DNA of 59,569 bases, from assembly GCA_000697335.1 (NCBI GenBank), contig JNEM01010760.1, positions 1 through 59,569 on the forward strand, written 5' to 3'. This document shows, one piece after another, positions 26,950 through 40,613 of this stretch. Below the pieces are notes generated by a model. That model ran no database searches. It had not been told where the DNA came from and was given only the letters and a program-made list of their open reading frames with translations. The translations under genes were made by a program, and so were the position numbers. Position 1 is the stretch's first letter. Each line of letters begins with the position of its first letter. This DNA comes from Conidiobolus incongruus B7586. Taxonomy: Eukaryota.

Positions 26950-28200
26950 TTATTTTAAGATTTTATATTGAATTTTATTTTAATTAAATCAAATAATTAT
27001 CATTAAAAGCTTTTTATTCTAATATCACTAAAACTAACCATGAACCTTGTAAAATGATTTAAGATTTGTAAATAGTTGATAAAAATAAAATTTTTTTAAA
27101 TTTATTATTTACTAATATATTTATCACTTTAAAACTAAAAAAGATATTATATAGAATTTATTAAAATTTAAATAATAAATTATAATCAATAATTTTTATT
27201 ATATAAAAATTAACCTATATAATAAACTAAAATAATTTTGACTAATCTAAAGATTATCAAAAAAATTCAATATTAAGTATATTATATATTTTCAATTTTA
27301 AGCCTAGTTTTATTAAAATATAAAATATATATCTATATTTTAATAAATATAGAGAAGAAAATTTAAGTAAAAATAGCTTGATAAAACCTATTAAAAAATA
27401 ACCAAAATTAAAAGTTTTAATATTAAATTATTATAATGAAAAATATTAAGCTTTTTTATATAATCTGTAGCTTAAGGTCAAAACAAAATATTAACTTAAA
27501 ACATTATCTTTTATATATTTTAATATATAAAAACTCAATAAATAAGCAAATACTCATTATTATAATATATTATAATAATATATAAATTTTTAATTTAATT
27601 TTTAATAATAAATTAATTAATACCAAGTTTTATATTTTTTAAATTAAATTATTTTTTAGTATTCTAATATTAAACTAATAATAATTATTAATTTATAGAA
27701 TAATTATAAAATATTATTTATTTAACAGAATTAAACAAACTAACATATCTAATTATATACTAGAATAAATCTTATATAATTATAATTGTTTTAAGTAATT
27801 AAAAAAATACTCTTATAAAAAATTCTTGCAAATAAATTAAATTATTTAATAAAATATTAAATTCAAGTTTTTAATTAAATAAGCTATTTTTTAAATATTA
27901 GAAATATATTAGAAGTATAGCAAATATCTTACTAATAATAAAAAGAGTATTAATTTAATATTATATATTTATTTTTATATATTATATATTAAAGTGCTTA
28001 TTTATTTTTAATTTCAAAAGTATTATTAATGAAAATTTAAAATAATATCAAGAAATAAATGATTATATTTTTAATATATAGCTTTTTTTAGATCATTATT
28101 ATTATGAAAATATAATTATTGATTATACCTTAAAAACATTTACCAAATTCAAGTTAATTAATTGATATTATAATATATTTTTTAAAAGTAATAAAATTAA
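26950..28200 (+). mobile_element. mariner-type transposon relic (boundaries approximate)
   Basis: 26990-27080 is an inverted match to about 46180-46270. A degenerate C-terminal YSPD..P.D region lies at about 27740-27810. Extremely AT-rich and CpG-free. Confidence 0.6.
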
Positions 28201-29533
28201 TTAAATATAAATTATGGATAATATTCTATAATAAGGATAGTGATATTTGATATAATATTTTCTGTCATTTGTACTATATTACATGTTCCAATTGAACATC
28301 TCTGAATTATCATCCTATCAATATCTTTCTTATTCAAGAAAAAAATTAATATGAAAATCAAGTTCATAATTAACAATGATTTATTTTTACAAATTACCTT
28401 AAAATATATTCAAAAGACGAGATTTTTCAATTTTCTTTACAACTGATTTCAATTCTAAATTGTCTTAATAAATACAATATCAAAAATATTTTTCACATTT
28501 TATTGGTAATTACAAATTTGGGAAATAAAAAATTTTGAGATGATAAAATTCTTATGAATTCAATAATATATGTGGTACAGAAAACAATTTCAATTCAAAA
28601 TACATTTTTAGCAAATTACTCTCAATCCAATTTTTTACACATTTTATTCGAAAAATATTTAAACGGTTATTGAAAGCTTCCACAAAAATTTTATCACTTG
28701 AATTTAATAACTTAATAGATCAATATAATTTTTATCTGAAATATCTTTGGCTTCATACCACCAAAAATAAAAGATCTCTATTCATTTTGGATATGGATCA
28801 AATCCTTAATTCTACTAATCTCACAATATATTCCAATTGAATATAGCCTTTAGTAATATGACCAATAAATTTACAGTAATTGGTCGTACAAAAATATTGA
28901 TATGAACTTGTATATGTTTCGAGTGATTTAATTTTTTTATACCTGTATTTAAAATTCAGGATAATATAAACCAAATATTTAGTTAATTCTAAATAATTAT
29001 AGAGTTGATTATGAATATAGAATAAATTTTTAATTGAAATTCAGCTAAAATATAATTGTTTCAGTTAATATCCATATCCAAATCCACAAAATGTAATACT
29101 GCCTTTTCACAAGTTAAATTGATTCTCAAATATTTGGTCATAGTTAGTTTTCTATATTTTAATATATAAAACTTACAGTAATTATATTTTCATCCAAATT
29201 AAAACAATCCATGGCAAAAGTAAAAGACAGAGTTTAATATTTGATCTAAGTTAAAGTATATAGGCTTTTGATTCAAAAAAATTATAACTATTATAAGTAA
29301 TTTTTTTTGGTATTTATATAATTGGATGAGATGATTAATTTTGGTAATATAATGAATATACAAGAAAATCTAATTAATATTTGATGGACTGTAAAATTAA
29401 ACACCAATATGAAATTAAAGGTTATAATTATGAAAAAATTTAACTTGAAGATTTTAATACAAAAAAGTTATTTTATCTTAGAATAGCATTGAAAAATATA
29501 TTATAATAGTATATTGAAAATTCAAATAATAAT

Positions 29534-32500
29534 GGGCCTACTCAAATCTATCCTGATTTTTGATTTTTCTGATTTTTCTTAAAAATATTAAAAATATACT
29601 CAAATATAACCTAAAAAAATTCAGTAAATTTTTTTGATAATTAACTCAAAGTTTTTCTTTCCTTAAACTAAAAAATATATAATATTTATTAAAATCACCT
29701 TATAAGTTTTATTGTTTCTTATGTTTAACATAAAAGAAATAGTAGAGTTCCTTATTACTTTTATTATAATAAACTTTAATAAAAACTCAGATAATTTAGT
29801 AATTTTAAGATTATTATATAAACTAAAAACCTTAAGATATATATCTCTATAATTACTATATATACTATATTTGCTATAATAGTCTATATATAAACTTTTT
29901 TCTGAAGAAAATAATTTTAAAAAATAAATGAAAATGTTAAAAATTAAGTTTTTTTCATTTACTAATATTTTATAATTATATAAAAATTTTAAATCTTTTT
30001 AATAAAGAAAATAAACACTTTTAAAAACTTAATTAATAGTTATACTTTACTAATTAAGTTACAAAAAAACATGTTTAAAAGATATAACAGAAAAGTTTTA
30101 AATAAGAGAAAAAACTATTATTTTATATATTATAAGAGTAATATACTCTATTAAAGAGAAACTAGATGATTAAATAATTTAGTTAGAATATAATCATAAT
30201 ATAGAAAAAGATTATTTAAAATAACTCCTCTTTAATAACTATATTAGTTACTTAGATGGTAATTATATTATATTTAAAGATTAACCTATATTTTATATTT
30301 AGTTATATTATAATAAAAAAACACACATAGTTTTTAATATATAATTGTTATATTATCTTCAAATAAATTTATATATTTTGAGTTTAAGAAACTTAAATTA
30401 TATTATAACTTTAGTATTTTAAAAGCATCTAAATTATTCAATGAGTTAAATAAATATTTTAAACAAAAAAATATATTCTTATAGATAATAATAAACAATA
30501 TAATTGCTTTATATTTAAGTTAATTTATTATCAATAACAAATAAATGTCTTTATTTAATTTTTGTTTTTTATAAGTTATATTAATAATAAATTTATAGTT
30601 ATTTAATTTTAAAGAAATTCAATTAAAGCTATTTTTTTTCTATAAAAAAAATAAAAGAATTTAATATTGCATATAAAAAAAATAATCTATAGTAGAAAAA
30701 ACTTTTAATATCTAAAAAGCTATCTTTATTTGTTTAAGATTATTACTTTACTATATACAAAATATAAAAGCTTATTAATTTATTGTTATATATATATATA
30801 TAACTACTTTCCTTTATAATTTTATTTCTTTTAATAAATAAAATTATAATTAAAAAAAAGAGTTAAAAAAACTAGTGAAAATATTAATATTAATAATAAT
30901 AAATAAAATATAATGAATATAAATAATAACTTTGCTAAATTAAATAAATCATAAGTAGTGATATCATCACAAATTAATACTAAGTTAATTATTTTAAATG
31001 TATTCTTTTGATTATATTTTGTTTTATAATAAAAATTATATAAACTTATTACTTTTTTTAAAACTCCTTTATATTAATTATAAGAGTTTTTTTATTAACA
31101 ATTGTTGTTGTTTTAATATTTATAAATAACATTCTTTTTGTAATTATTATAACTTAATCTATTATCTTGAGATTTCATTTTACTTTTATATACTAACTTG
31201 TAAAAATGAGTTATAAAATCAAAAACACTTATATTTTTACTAATAACTTAATTAATATTTAATGAAATAAACATAAATTAAATAATTAAAATCTATTATA
31301 TTAATTAATTATATATATCATTAAATGATAATATTTAGCTATTAATTAGTTAAAATATAAACTTTTAAATTTTACCTAGGGTAAGTTATAAATTTATAGG
31401 TTTTTAATGATAAAAAAATTAAAACTTAATGTATTTATCTTTAACTTTTCTAACTTCTTTAAGTTTGTAAGGTATAGAATCAACTAACTTCTTATACTAA
31501 AAAAGGTTAATTTTATTCTATACTTCTTAAACATATTTTTAAAATTGATTTAAATTTTTTACTAGGGAAAAACTTTAATAACTTTTTTTAACTAATTTTA
31601 AAGGTGTTTAATTAAATTAAAGTTAAAAAATTAAACAGTTACTTTTTAACTATTATCTTGTTATTTTTAAGTTATTTGGTAATAGAAGTTATAGTATAAC
31701 AAAAAGTATTATTTTACTTGAAAATAATATTAAATTTGTTTAACTTATATTATTTAATGGTTTTTTTCAATTTATTGTTTAGAATACTTTAATATATTTT
31801 AATATTAATTCCCCTATTAATTTTATAAAGATACTTTATATTTAAAAATAATATATATCTTTAAATAATAATTAACCTACTATTATACTTTTAAATAAAA
31901 TTAACATAATAGTTATAAAATAATTTTGTATTTTTTTTAAAGTATCTAGTTTTTTTATTAAATCTACTAAAGTATATTTTTGTTTTATTAAATTAAATAA
32001 CCTTACTCTAATTAGTTTTAGTTTAATATTAATAATAACATTTAAACTCTTGTTTAACTTTATAATAGGATTTTTTTAATTAAAGGTGTTTTTTCTTAAA
32101 ATGTAAGTAGTATCTATATTAACATAAAATATATATAATAATATTAGTATTAACTAATATTCTTATATAATTTTATAATTCCTATTATATTTTTATAATA
32201 ATACTATATTTGCTTGTATTAACTAACTTATAAATATTCTTCTTATTATATTTATTTATAATTTTAATACACTTAAGTTTAAGTTTAAATGTTTTTTTAT
32301 TGTTATTTTTAACAACTTTAACTATAGTAGATTAGCTAACATTAGTAATTCTAACAATATTACAAGTTGATTTACTTTTTTTATAAAGTTAATTAATACA
32401 CAAGTAAATTTTTTTAGAGAGGGATTTAAGTATAATAATACTAATAAAAAAATTTAGTATATTTGTAAAATATTATATAAAATAATAACAAAGAGAGAAA

Positions 32501-33618
32501 AAAGATATAATTATATATTATTAAATATATCCCTTTATCTTAAAAACCTATAAATTTATAATTCACCTTACTTAAATATTAAAGGTTAATATTTTTGCTA
32601 ATAATTTACTAAATATATTTAAATATATTTATTTATTATTAAATAATATACTTTAATTATATATTATAGTTTCAAGTAATTTAATATATATAATTGTTTT
32701 AGTTATTAATTAAAATATATATATATATTTGATTTTATAACTTACTTTTACAGGTTAGTATATATTTTTTTTAATAGCTTTAAGAAAAAGGGAAAATTAA
32801 ATATTTTTTTTCTTATTTTATTATCTTTTATATTTTAAAACTTTTAATTAAAGAAAACAATAAAAGGTAAAAGCTACTACTACTTTATTTTTTATCATTT
32901 AAATAATCTAGTTCCTTATAGTAAAACTAGTTATATAATGAAGAAACTATAAGAGTTATATTAAAGGCTTTAAAAACTAAATTATCTTATGTTATAAAAG
33001 CATTAATTATTATAAACAAAAGGCTATTTTTATTATATTATTTACTTATTAAAACTTGTTCAGCAGTTTTAAATTTAAGAATAAGAGTTTTTATATGATT
33101 AAATATTTTATCAAGCTTCCTTCTTAACTTTATATAATCTACTCCTTTTAAAACAAGGACAAACTTATATATTTGAAAAAAAATATTCAACTTGTTAAAG
33201 CACCAGGATTCATAGTTTTCCTCTTGCCTCAACTAACTGAGTGTAGCTTCTATCAAATGTAGTTCAAGGGAGTCTTTATTATTACTAGTATTAATAGTAG
33301 ATGACATAGGAGAAAAAACAGGATAAACCTTAAAAGTAATGTTCTTGCTAATAGATTTATGTGGTATTTAGCACAAAATAAAAGTTGTTTGATTAATATA
33401 GAATAAAGTCATACTGTTGTGAATTGCAATGATAAATCTTTAGCCTTATTTTTATATTTTATAGGAGAAAACTGGTGGGTTTTATGAATTGAAAAAATTG
33501 GTAAGTGATTTTTTTTGACTAATTTTTTCAATTTTTTTGACTGAGTGACTAATTTTAGTTTTAGAAAAAATCAGTCAAATTGAAAATTGGAAAAAGTGGG
33601 ATAGATTTGAGTAGGCCC
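29534..33618 (+). mobile_element. PIF/Harbinger DNA transposon (~2.5 kb net) carrying a nested Tc1
   Basis: Perfect 20-bp TIR GGGCCTACTCAAATCTATCC / GGATAGATTTGAGTAGGCCC with a 3-bp AAT duplication (29531-33, 33619-21). The decayed DDE transposase on + reads ISYLDGNYI (30243, cf. G.IDG.HI), YNKK..HS (about 30310), KYILIDN (about 30470) and FNIAY...SIVEKTFNI (30660-30712). Confidence 0.88.
31191..32760 (-). mobile_element. Full-length Tc1 (DD34E) copy, hypermutated, nested in the Harbinger element
   Basis: TA-flanked TIRs TACTAACTTGTAAAAATGAGTTATAAAATC...GATTTTATAACTTACTTTTACAGGTTAGTA, 1570 bp, colinear with 12761-14334. Confidence 0.93.
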
Positions 33619-33775
33619 AATATTTTAGTAATTATTTAAAATTTTCACATTGAAACTTTTTTTCTCATATAAAACAAATATTGCTCCAGTCTAAATAATA
33701 AAGATCATATTTTTCCTGGCCACAGACAAGTATATAAAGGTATAATCCCTTATAATTTAATAATTGCTCTTTAAA

Positions 33776-35410
33776 ATGAAATTAAAGTTTAACAAAATAT
33801 ATTAATTATTTTAAATCATGGGGCGTCAGGAACTTTAATCAACCTTGTTCCAATTAATAGTGCAACTATTTTAAATAATAATTTAATGATTTATAATTCA
33901 TTAGATCCTTCAAGTAACAGCGAATTGGTTTATTATCCTTTAATTAATGGCAAGGTATCCTTGCTTGACATGCAAAGAAGGTATTTTTTTTGATCACGCA
34001 AAACAAATGTTTGATTATCAGTTTTTAAATGCATCTGGATCTCTTAAATCTAGAAGCATTACTTATTTGATTGGGTCTATTAGATATAAGTATTTAGATA
34101 TTGCATTTAATAGGAAATATAGATTTACTAAAATTCAAGTGTCTGATGGGAGGTTTCAAGAATCAGAATATCTCAATATGTCAGAGCCATCTTTTGAGAA
34201 TTTTCCAGATTTCGATTATAGCGTAGCTTTGGTAGATCTTCAAAAAAGAAATTCATCAATTGAAGACAGTTTTTATGTTTTTGGAGGTGCCAAATATCTT
34301 CAACAGAAAAAAACAGCGGAAATCATCAAGAGCTTTTGCCGATTTAATTTCTCTTCTAATGAATGGGAAAATTTGTCTCGTTTGCTATCAAAAGATCTCA
34401 AGCCATTTGCTGGACATCAAATGCTTAATATTGATAACCGTAAATTGATTTTTCTTGGAGGTTATAGGACATCTAATTATCCTTTATCACCTCCTTTTTC
34501 TGCTATTATTCTTGAATTAGTTAGTTTTAAAAAAACATTAATATTTGATATTGATAATCAAAGATTTGAGTATAAGGAAACTCAGTTTAGTCAAGACAAT
34601 CCAGGTGTATTAGAATCAACGGGCTATTATTCATTTTCTGCTGTGTATCGTAAAGATAAAATATATGTATAAGGTGGTATTCATATGAATGATAGACAAA
34701 TTGGTTTCCAACCTTATTTGGGCATTCTAGATATTAATACCTGGAATTGGAGATGGAAGAAGATTATGCTCGCAGTACCATCTGATAAGACCATCTATGA
34801 AACACATGCCGATTCTATTTTGAGAGGAAAATATATGATATTAAGCAAAATTTACAGATATTATGGTGACTTAACTGGATTTGTCGCTATTGATTTAGAT
34901 TTGGAGGAGATTGTCGAATATATAATATTTCCAGAATCGGCTTATTCTGAACCTAATCAATATAAAGGTCAGTACATGCTTGATTGGAAATCAGAAGTGG
35001 CCTCACTCATTGCTATCATTGTTTTGAGTTCTCTGCTATCTCTGGCTGTTTCTATCTATATTTTCAGATATTGTTGGAGAAGGAGATCCAAATTTACACC
35101 ATTAAAAAGGCGTCATATACAAGACATTTGGTCAGATCCAAATCCCAATATTGAGAAACAACATTTAAAGGATGCTGGAATAATTAATAATCCACAAATC
35201 AACTCATCGTATACATTGCAACATGTCCAGACTTATTTAATGATGAATTCTCCCAGTTTTCAATATGATACTGATATCAAATTTGAAACTAAAATCCTTT
35301 CCAAATCTAATATTGAGCCTGATCAATTTAGAACAATAATTCAAGTACTAAATTTTGTAGTGAGTATTGACTGTTTATATTTCTTATTTAAACGCCCATA
35401 TATTGAATAA
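33776..35410 (+). pseudogene. Kelch/galactose-oxidase-like beta-propeller, single-pass membrane protein pseudogene
   Basis: Kelch motifs FYVFGG, LIFLGG and IYV*GG (in-frame TAA at 34670-72 joins ORFs 33947 and 34685 in one frame), plus LDINTWNW and a TM segment followed by RRRSK. A signal-peptide-like N-terminus from ATG 33776 is broken by frameshifts near 33790 and in the T-run at 33984-91. TATATAA at 33731. Confidence 0.78.
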
Positions 35411-38400
35411 TCTTTCAAATTCTGTAATTTTATATTATAATAAATATAAAAAATGACTGATTATAAGATGAAGATAATTATATGTTATTTCCAAATTTAT
35501 ATAATTTGGAATATTTGGTATTAAATGTCTTAATAAGTTGAAACTAATTATATAATAATTATATCGATATTTGACAATTAATTATTCCAATTATATAAAT
35601 GATAATATACCATTACAAATTCCTTTGGAAATCTAAATAATAATATTATCCTAAAAAGTATATATTTATCCATATTACTACCTATACGATTTCTTTATAT
35701 TTATATTAAATAATCATTTCAAAGTTATATATATTAATATATTATCATATTGTTATAACTAAAATTTAATCAACATAAAAATTCAAATAGCTTTACTTGA
35801 ATCAATATATCACAAATCATATAGATATTTTATATTAAAGTTAATTTATGATAATAGATTTTTGCGTTATTTTAGAATAAAATTTAAACATCAAACTCAA
35901 TAAATTATGTTTAAAATTATTTCTTATCTAATACCTGATATGATTTATACCTAGTCGTATTTATTCAAAGTCTGAATATGATATTCTACTATATTCATGA
36001 TCCTTCACTAAATTTAATGAATTTATATGTAATCAATATATTCAAAATATATATTTAATTTTGATACCTTTGTAAATTGATTAATCACTGAAATCTATAA
36101 AACTACTAATCTCGATTTGATATATATTATCATATTGTTCTGCAAAATTTACTAGCAATGTATTCAATAATGAATTTTTTATGATAAAATATATATTTAA
36201 AATTTGAACTCATTTATAATTTTATGATATATCTGTTTGGAATATAAAAACTTTTAATTAGTGAACCTTTAAAGAACTGGTAATATATTTGAACTTGATT
36301 TGCTTTTTCAAATTGATCTTGGTCTCTATTATATTAATAAGCAATATATTTTTCAAAATTTGTTCAAACAATAAATATCATTATATATGATTTACAAAGT
36401 TGCGTGATTTTTATGCTGCATTTACAATTGATGAAATATCTGGAAATTTTTATATATAGTCGTTAAGATTGTCTATTCGGTAATGTACTGGACCACGCCT
36501 GACTGGCAAGATCAACTCGCCAAAACTTGCTGACAATGTGGATTGGGAACCAAGTCCTCCGTAAAATTCACACTGTGACTCCCAAAATGATGGATGCATC
36601 TGTGAGTACATAGATTCCAACAAAAGAGCATAAAGTGTCACCAGTGCTAAAAAAGTTAGTTGGATGCTTGATCAAAACTCGGTTATCCAGCTATAGTTCA
36701 ATCATAAAACATCAATAAAATCATTATTAGATACATTTATTTTGAATTAGTTTATTAACTTAATTCACTCAACTTGGTTGAAATAAATTTATGTCAATTT
36801 ATCACTATTGACCCCTGTACAGTAATATATTCTCAACTTTTTCCACCATGCTCGTTACCCAGCTAGCAATATATGCATTTTGGCTCATTCGGCTTGTCTT
36901 GGACATACTTTCCGCTCAAAAAATCAGTGAGCTGACCACTTTGACCCTTTCCAGCATTGCCGAGCACATGACTATATGTAAACAACTATGAGTAAAACAA
37001 AGGGTAAAACGTGAGCTTTGTAACATATTAGTTCTAAAGATTCTTTAATATTTTTTAATAATGTAGACATTGAAAGCTCAATTACTATTGAAATTTTGAA
37101 AATCAAATTTATCATTTATCTGTAATTGAATTTATAATTTAGATCAATAATTTTTTATCTATCCTAATAATGAAAACTCAGAATTAATAATACAATTTTT
37201 TTAATTAGATAGTTCATTAGTATTTTATATTAAATTGCTATCATCAAGTTTCTGAAAAGCTGTTATTTGTTAGATAAATTATATAAATTTGATTTATTTT
37301 TTTCAGCATTATAATGATTAATGGTAATTTTGTCTTAGCTCTCTCACTTTTGCAAATTATTTAAGAAATTTTGAAATGAATTTGGTGTATCATAAATTAC
37401 AAAATATTAAAAATTTCACCACTCTTAAATCCTTTTAATATATTAATTATATGACAAATAAAATACACTACAACCATAATTCAAAGATGGATATTCTTCA
37501 GAATTTAAAATCAGTTTTTTCAACTTAGAACCTATAAACAATTTTAAACAGATTTAATAAAATTGAATCAATTTGAATAATATAAATATTATTGAATTAT
37601 ATATTCGTCATGGTGAAATGCTTATAATGAACTTGAATTTTAATACATGATTTAAAAAATTTTTTAAATATAAAATTATCAAATAGAGGGATAATAATTA
37701 AACATTTAGGGATATTTAACGAATTTTTTAAATTATCATTTAATAGTTCTAAAATAAAAAGTATGCATTTATATGTTTTTAATAATCCTTAATTTGGTCA
37801 TTAATAAAACTTAAATCAATATTCATATTGTTAGGTTTGCAAATATGAAATAGTAACATTATTACTAAGCATACAATTGATGCATGGTTCTAATTGATTC
37901 ATTCTATTCTATATTTCAATAATGTATACACCTAACTACTCAATACAGTAATGGATATAATTACTGATTACAAATCAATTGTTACTCCTTTTTAGCTTCA
38001 ATGCAGTATAAATACCATTCTTATTATTCACTTAATAAACAAGATCAGATTTTACCGAATCCTCATAAACTACTTTTCCAATCCTATAACCTCAAAACTA
38101 ACAATATGATCGTGACTCTTTTCTGATGAGTAAATAAAAGTTTAATAATATACATATTAGAAATGGGATGCAGAAGCTATCGATTAATATCTTAATTCAT
38201 TATTATTTTCATTCCATTGCACTAGGTTCAGAGTTTTAAGTGTCAATATTCTGAATAATCTTTCTGGTTTTCAGAATCGATTCTTTTACAAGGCCATGAA
38301 TTAATATGAATTTTGAAGTATTGCCTGTAAAATTTCATTCATATCAGTGACAACCGCAAATGTAGCAGGAAATAGACTTTTGGATCTCAAATAAGGAATC

Positions 38401-39639
38401 GCCAGTGGTAAATATTAGGGGGAAATTAATGGGTTTCGCCCAATAAGGTGAAAATGGCTTACTGCAAATCGGGTTCTTGTAATGAAGTAAATATTTCCTG
38501 CTTGTAGTAGCTTAATACTATTTGTGATTGTTATAACAAAAACTTAGAGATTGAATTCTTTCGAAATGAAAATAATTAGATACTGTTTATTGGTTCACTC
38601 ATAATAATCTTATATTAGATACTATTGTTGATTTTTGTGGAAAAGGACAGTTCATTGGCGCAAAATAACAGAACCAACTAGTTCATGAAATAGGCGAATT
38701 CCAATATGAGTTCTTGATTCAGTGTGGTAATTATAGTTTCTTGATTGATTGTCAATGTTATTACTTGTCATAAGCATTATAACATATTTTTATGTTATAA
38801 TTTCATTTGCAGAGATAATTTAATAATTTTTTATCATACTTTAAATACAATTTTTAAATTTCTACACATCCTTAGACAAATTTTGTTAAGGGAAAGAGTA
38901 TATTGTCAGATAAACCTGAATTCAGGTTTAATGATAATATTTAATGATGTTTCCAACTCATGCCAAAATGTAAATTGATAATTAATTCAGTATTGGCACA
39001 TCAGGTAAGATTCGCTGGCGATTTTTGTAACAAAAGAACATTTGATGAAAAAAAATTCAAAATATATTAATATTTTATTCCTTGAACAATGAAATATATT
39101 GTTTATACTGTTGCGAATTAGGAGATCCGCTCGCTACTCAACTTAAACCATCGGTCATTATTCCAAATATAATTCACTCACAGGTACTATTCATAATCCT
39201 TGTACAATATGCAATTCAAGAAAACAATTACAATTAGTAATTAGTGTTTCAACATATTGACATAAGGACTGATAACACTATTAACTCATTATTAAGCAAA
39301 TGTTTACTAAAGATCTTTTAAATTAAGGCTAAACTTTACATATTAATATTTTAATAACACTACTTACTATCTTATTAGATATATCCGGCTTGTTTAATTA
39401 AATTTGCTTGATTATTATAATAATACTATTTTTATGAAGACTTGTAAAATCAAACAGCTAGATATAGGGATAGAGATTAAGAAATGGCATTTTTAATTTC
39501 TAATTATCATATATGATATAAGTTCTGGATATTTGAATATACATAAAAATTCATACAGTAAAGCAATATATTAATATTTATATTAATCTGTATTTCGAAT
39601 TGTTATTTTTTAGTTTGAAAATTTAGTGTTAAATTTATA

Positions 39640-40035
39640 TATTGTCAAACCAAAGTGTGCATATTAGAAGTTTTTAATTTGTGTTTCATTAAAACGCATC
39701 TACAAATCCTCTAAAATCCTTCAGAGCTTACAATCAGCTTATGGAAATGATGCACTCTCTGAAATTACAGTTTATAACTGGATTTGTTAGTTTAAAGCTG
39801 GAAGACAAACTAGTTAATATTTGACAAAATCTAGTAAGTCAATCAATGCCATTCTTTTTCCAATTATTAAAAAATAAGAGATTAAATTGAAAGCACCCTT
39901 TTATTTCATTAACAGAATTATCAAAGGATTATTAAATTAAAGTATATTATATATTGAAGTTTACACTTGGTTTGATTAAGAAAAATATATGATGGATATA
40001 TCATATTTTAACAAAAACTCAAACGAAATCTAAAA
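39640..40035 (+). mobile_element. mariner transposase N-terminal fragment
   Basis: ELQSAYGNDALSEITVYNWIC*FKAGRQT (about 39724-39812) and LGLIKKNI*WIYHILT (cf. LG..K...RWVPH.LT) match the mariner HTH and linker. Confidence 0.75.
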
Positions 40036-40613
40036 TAGCTACCATTATAAATCTCATTCATAGTGTTATTTAAATTCGCGCTTACGGTTCTGTCAGCTTG
40101 CAACAGATTATTTTATTTGGTAACATCGGTCGAAAATTTCCAAGTGATATCGTCTTTAATGGCTTCAGCTGATCTAGTCCTCAAAATTTTCATGCCTTCT
40201 AACCAAACAACAGAAATTCTGTCATATTAGAGACCTTGGCTATGTCTCTTCAACGTCAATATCGCCTTTTCAATTTTCTTACCTTTACACTTCATCGGAT
40301 TAATAGTGTCCGATATAAGTTTTGTACTAGCTATTTTTGAATCCTTAACGCATCAGTTTAATTTCACAGTTTGAATTGCGACTTTCAATGCTTTGTACAG
40401 GTAAAACAGCTAGTTCAAATGGGGATTCATAGCCAGACAAGGTTTTGTTAATTTGAGCTCTATTATCACTTACTTCCACAATCTTCATAAACCCTTATAA
40501 GCGGAACTAAAAAATCTTTATTATATTGAATCAAATTGGTATTATAGATCCAAACTAAATAATATAATATCAATTGAATCATTGTTGATCAATAACTTAA
40601 TATTGAGGTTCAT
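40035..40613 (-). pseudogene. Truncated PNGase A pseudogene, tandem paralog of 42173-43981
   Basis: Translates to YESPFELAVLPVQ...NCEIKLM...KCKGKKIEK...*YDRISVVWLEGMKILRTRSAE...DITWKFS...LNNTMNEIYNGS, with several stops and a frameshift. It is colinear with the N-terminal third of the intact gene. Confidence 0.9.

Noticed and set aside
24800..29500. Slightly GC-elevated patches (about 24900-26050 and 28250-29500) as decayed genes
   Set aside because: No sustained reading frame or recognisable motif.
34670..34672. In-frame TAA as stop-codon reassignment or readthrough
   Set aside because: Nearly all intact genes here end in TAA, and the same gene also has frameshifts, so a pseudogene is the simpler explanation.
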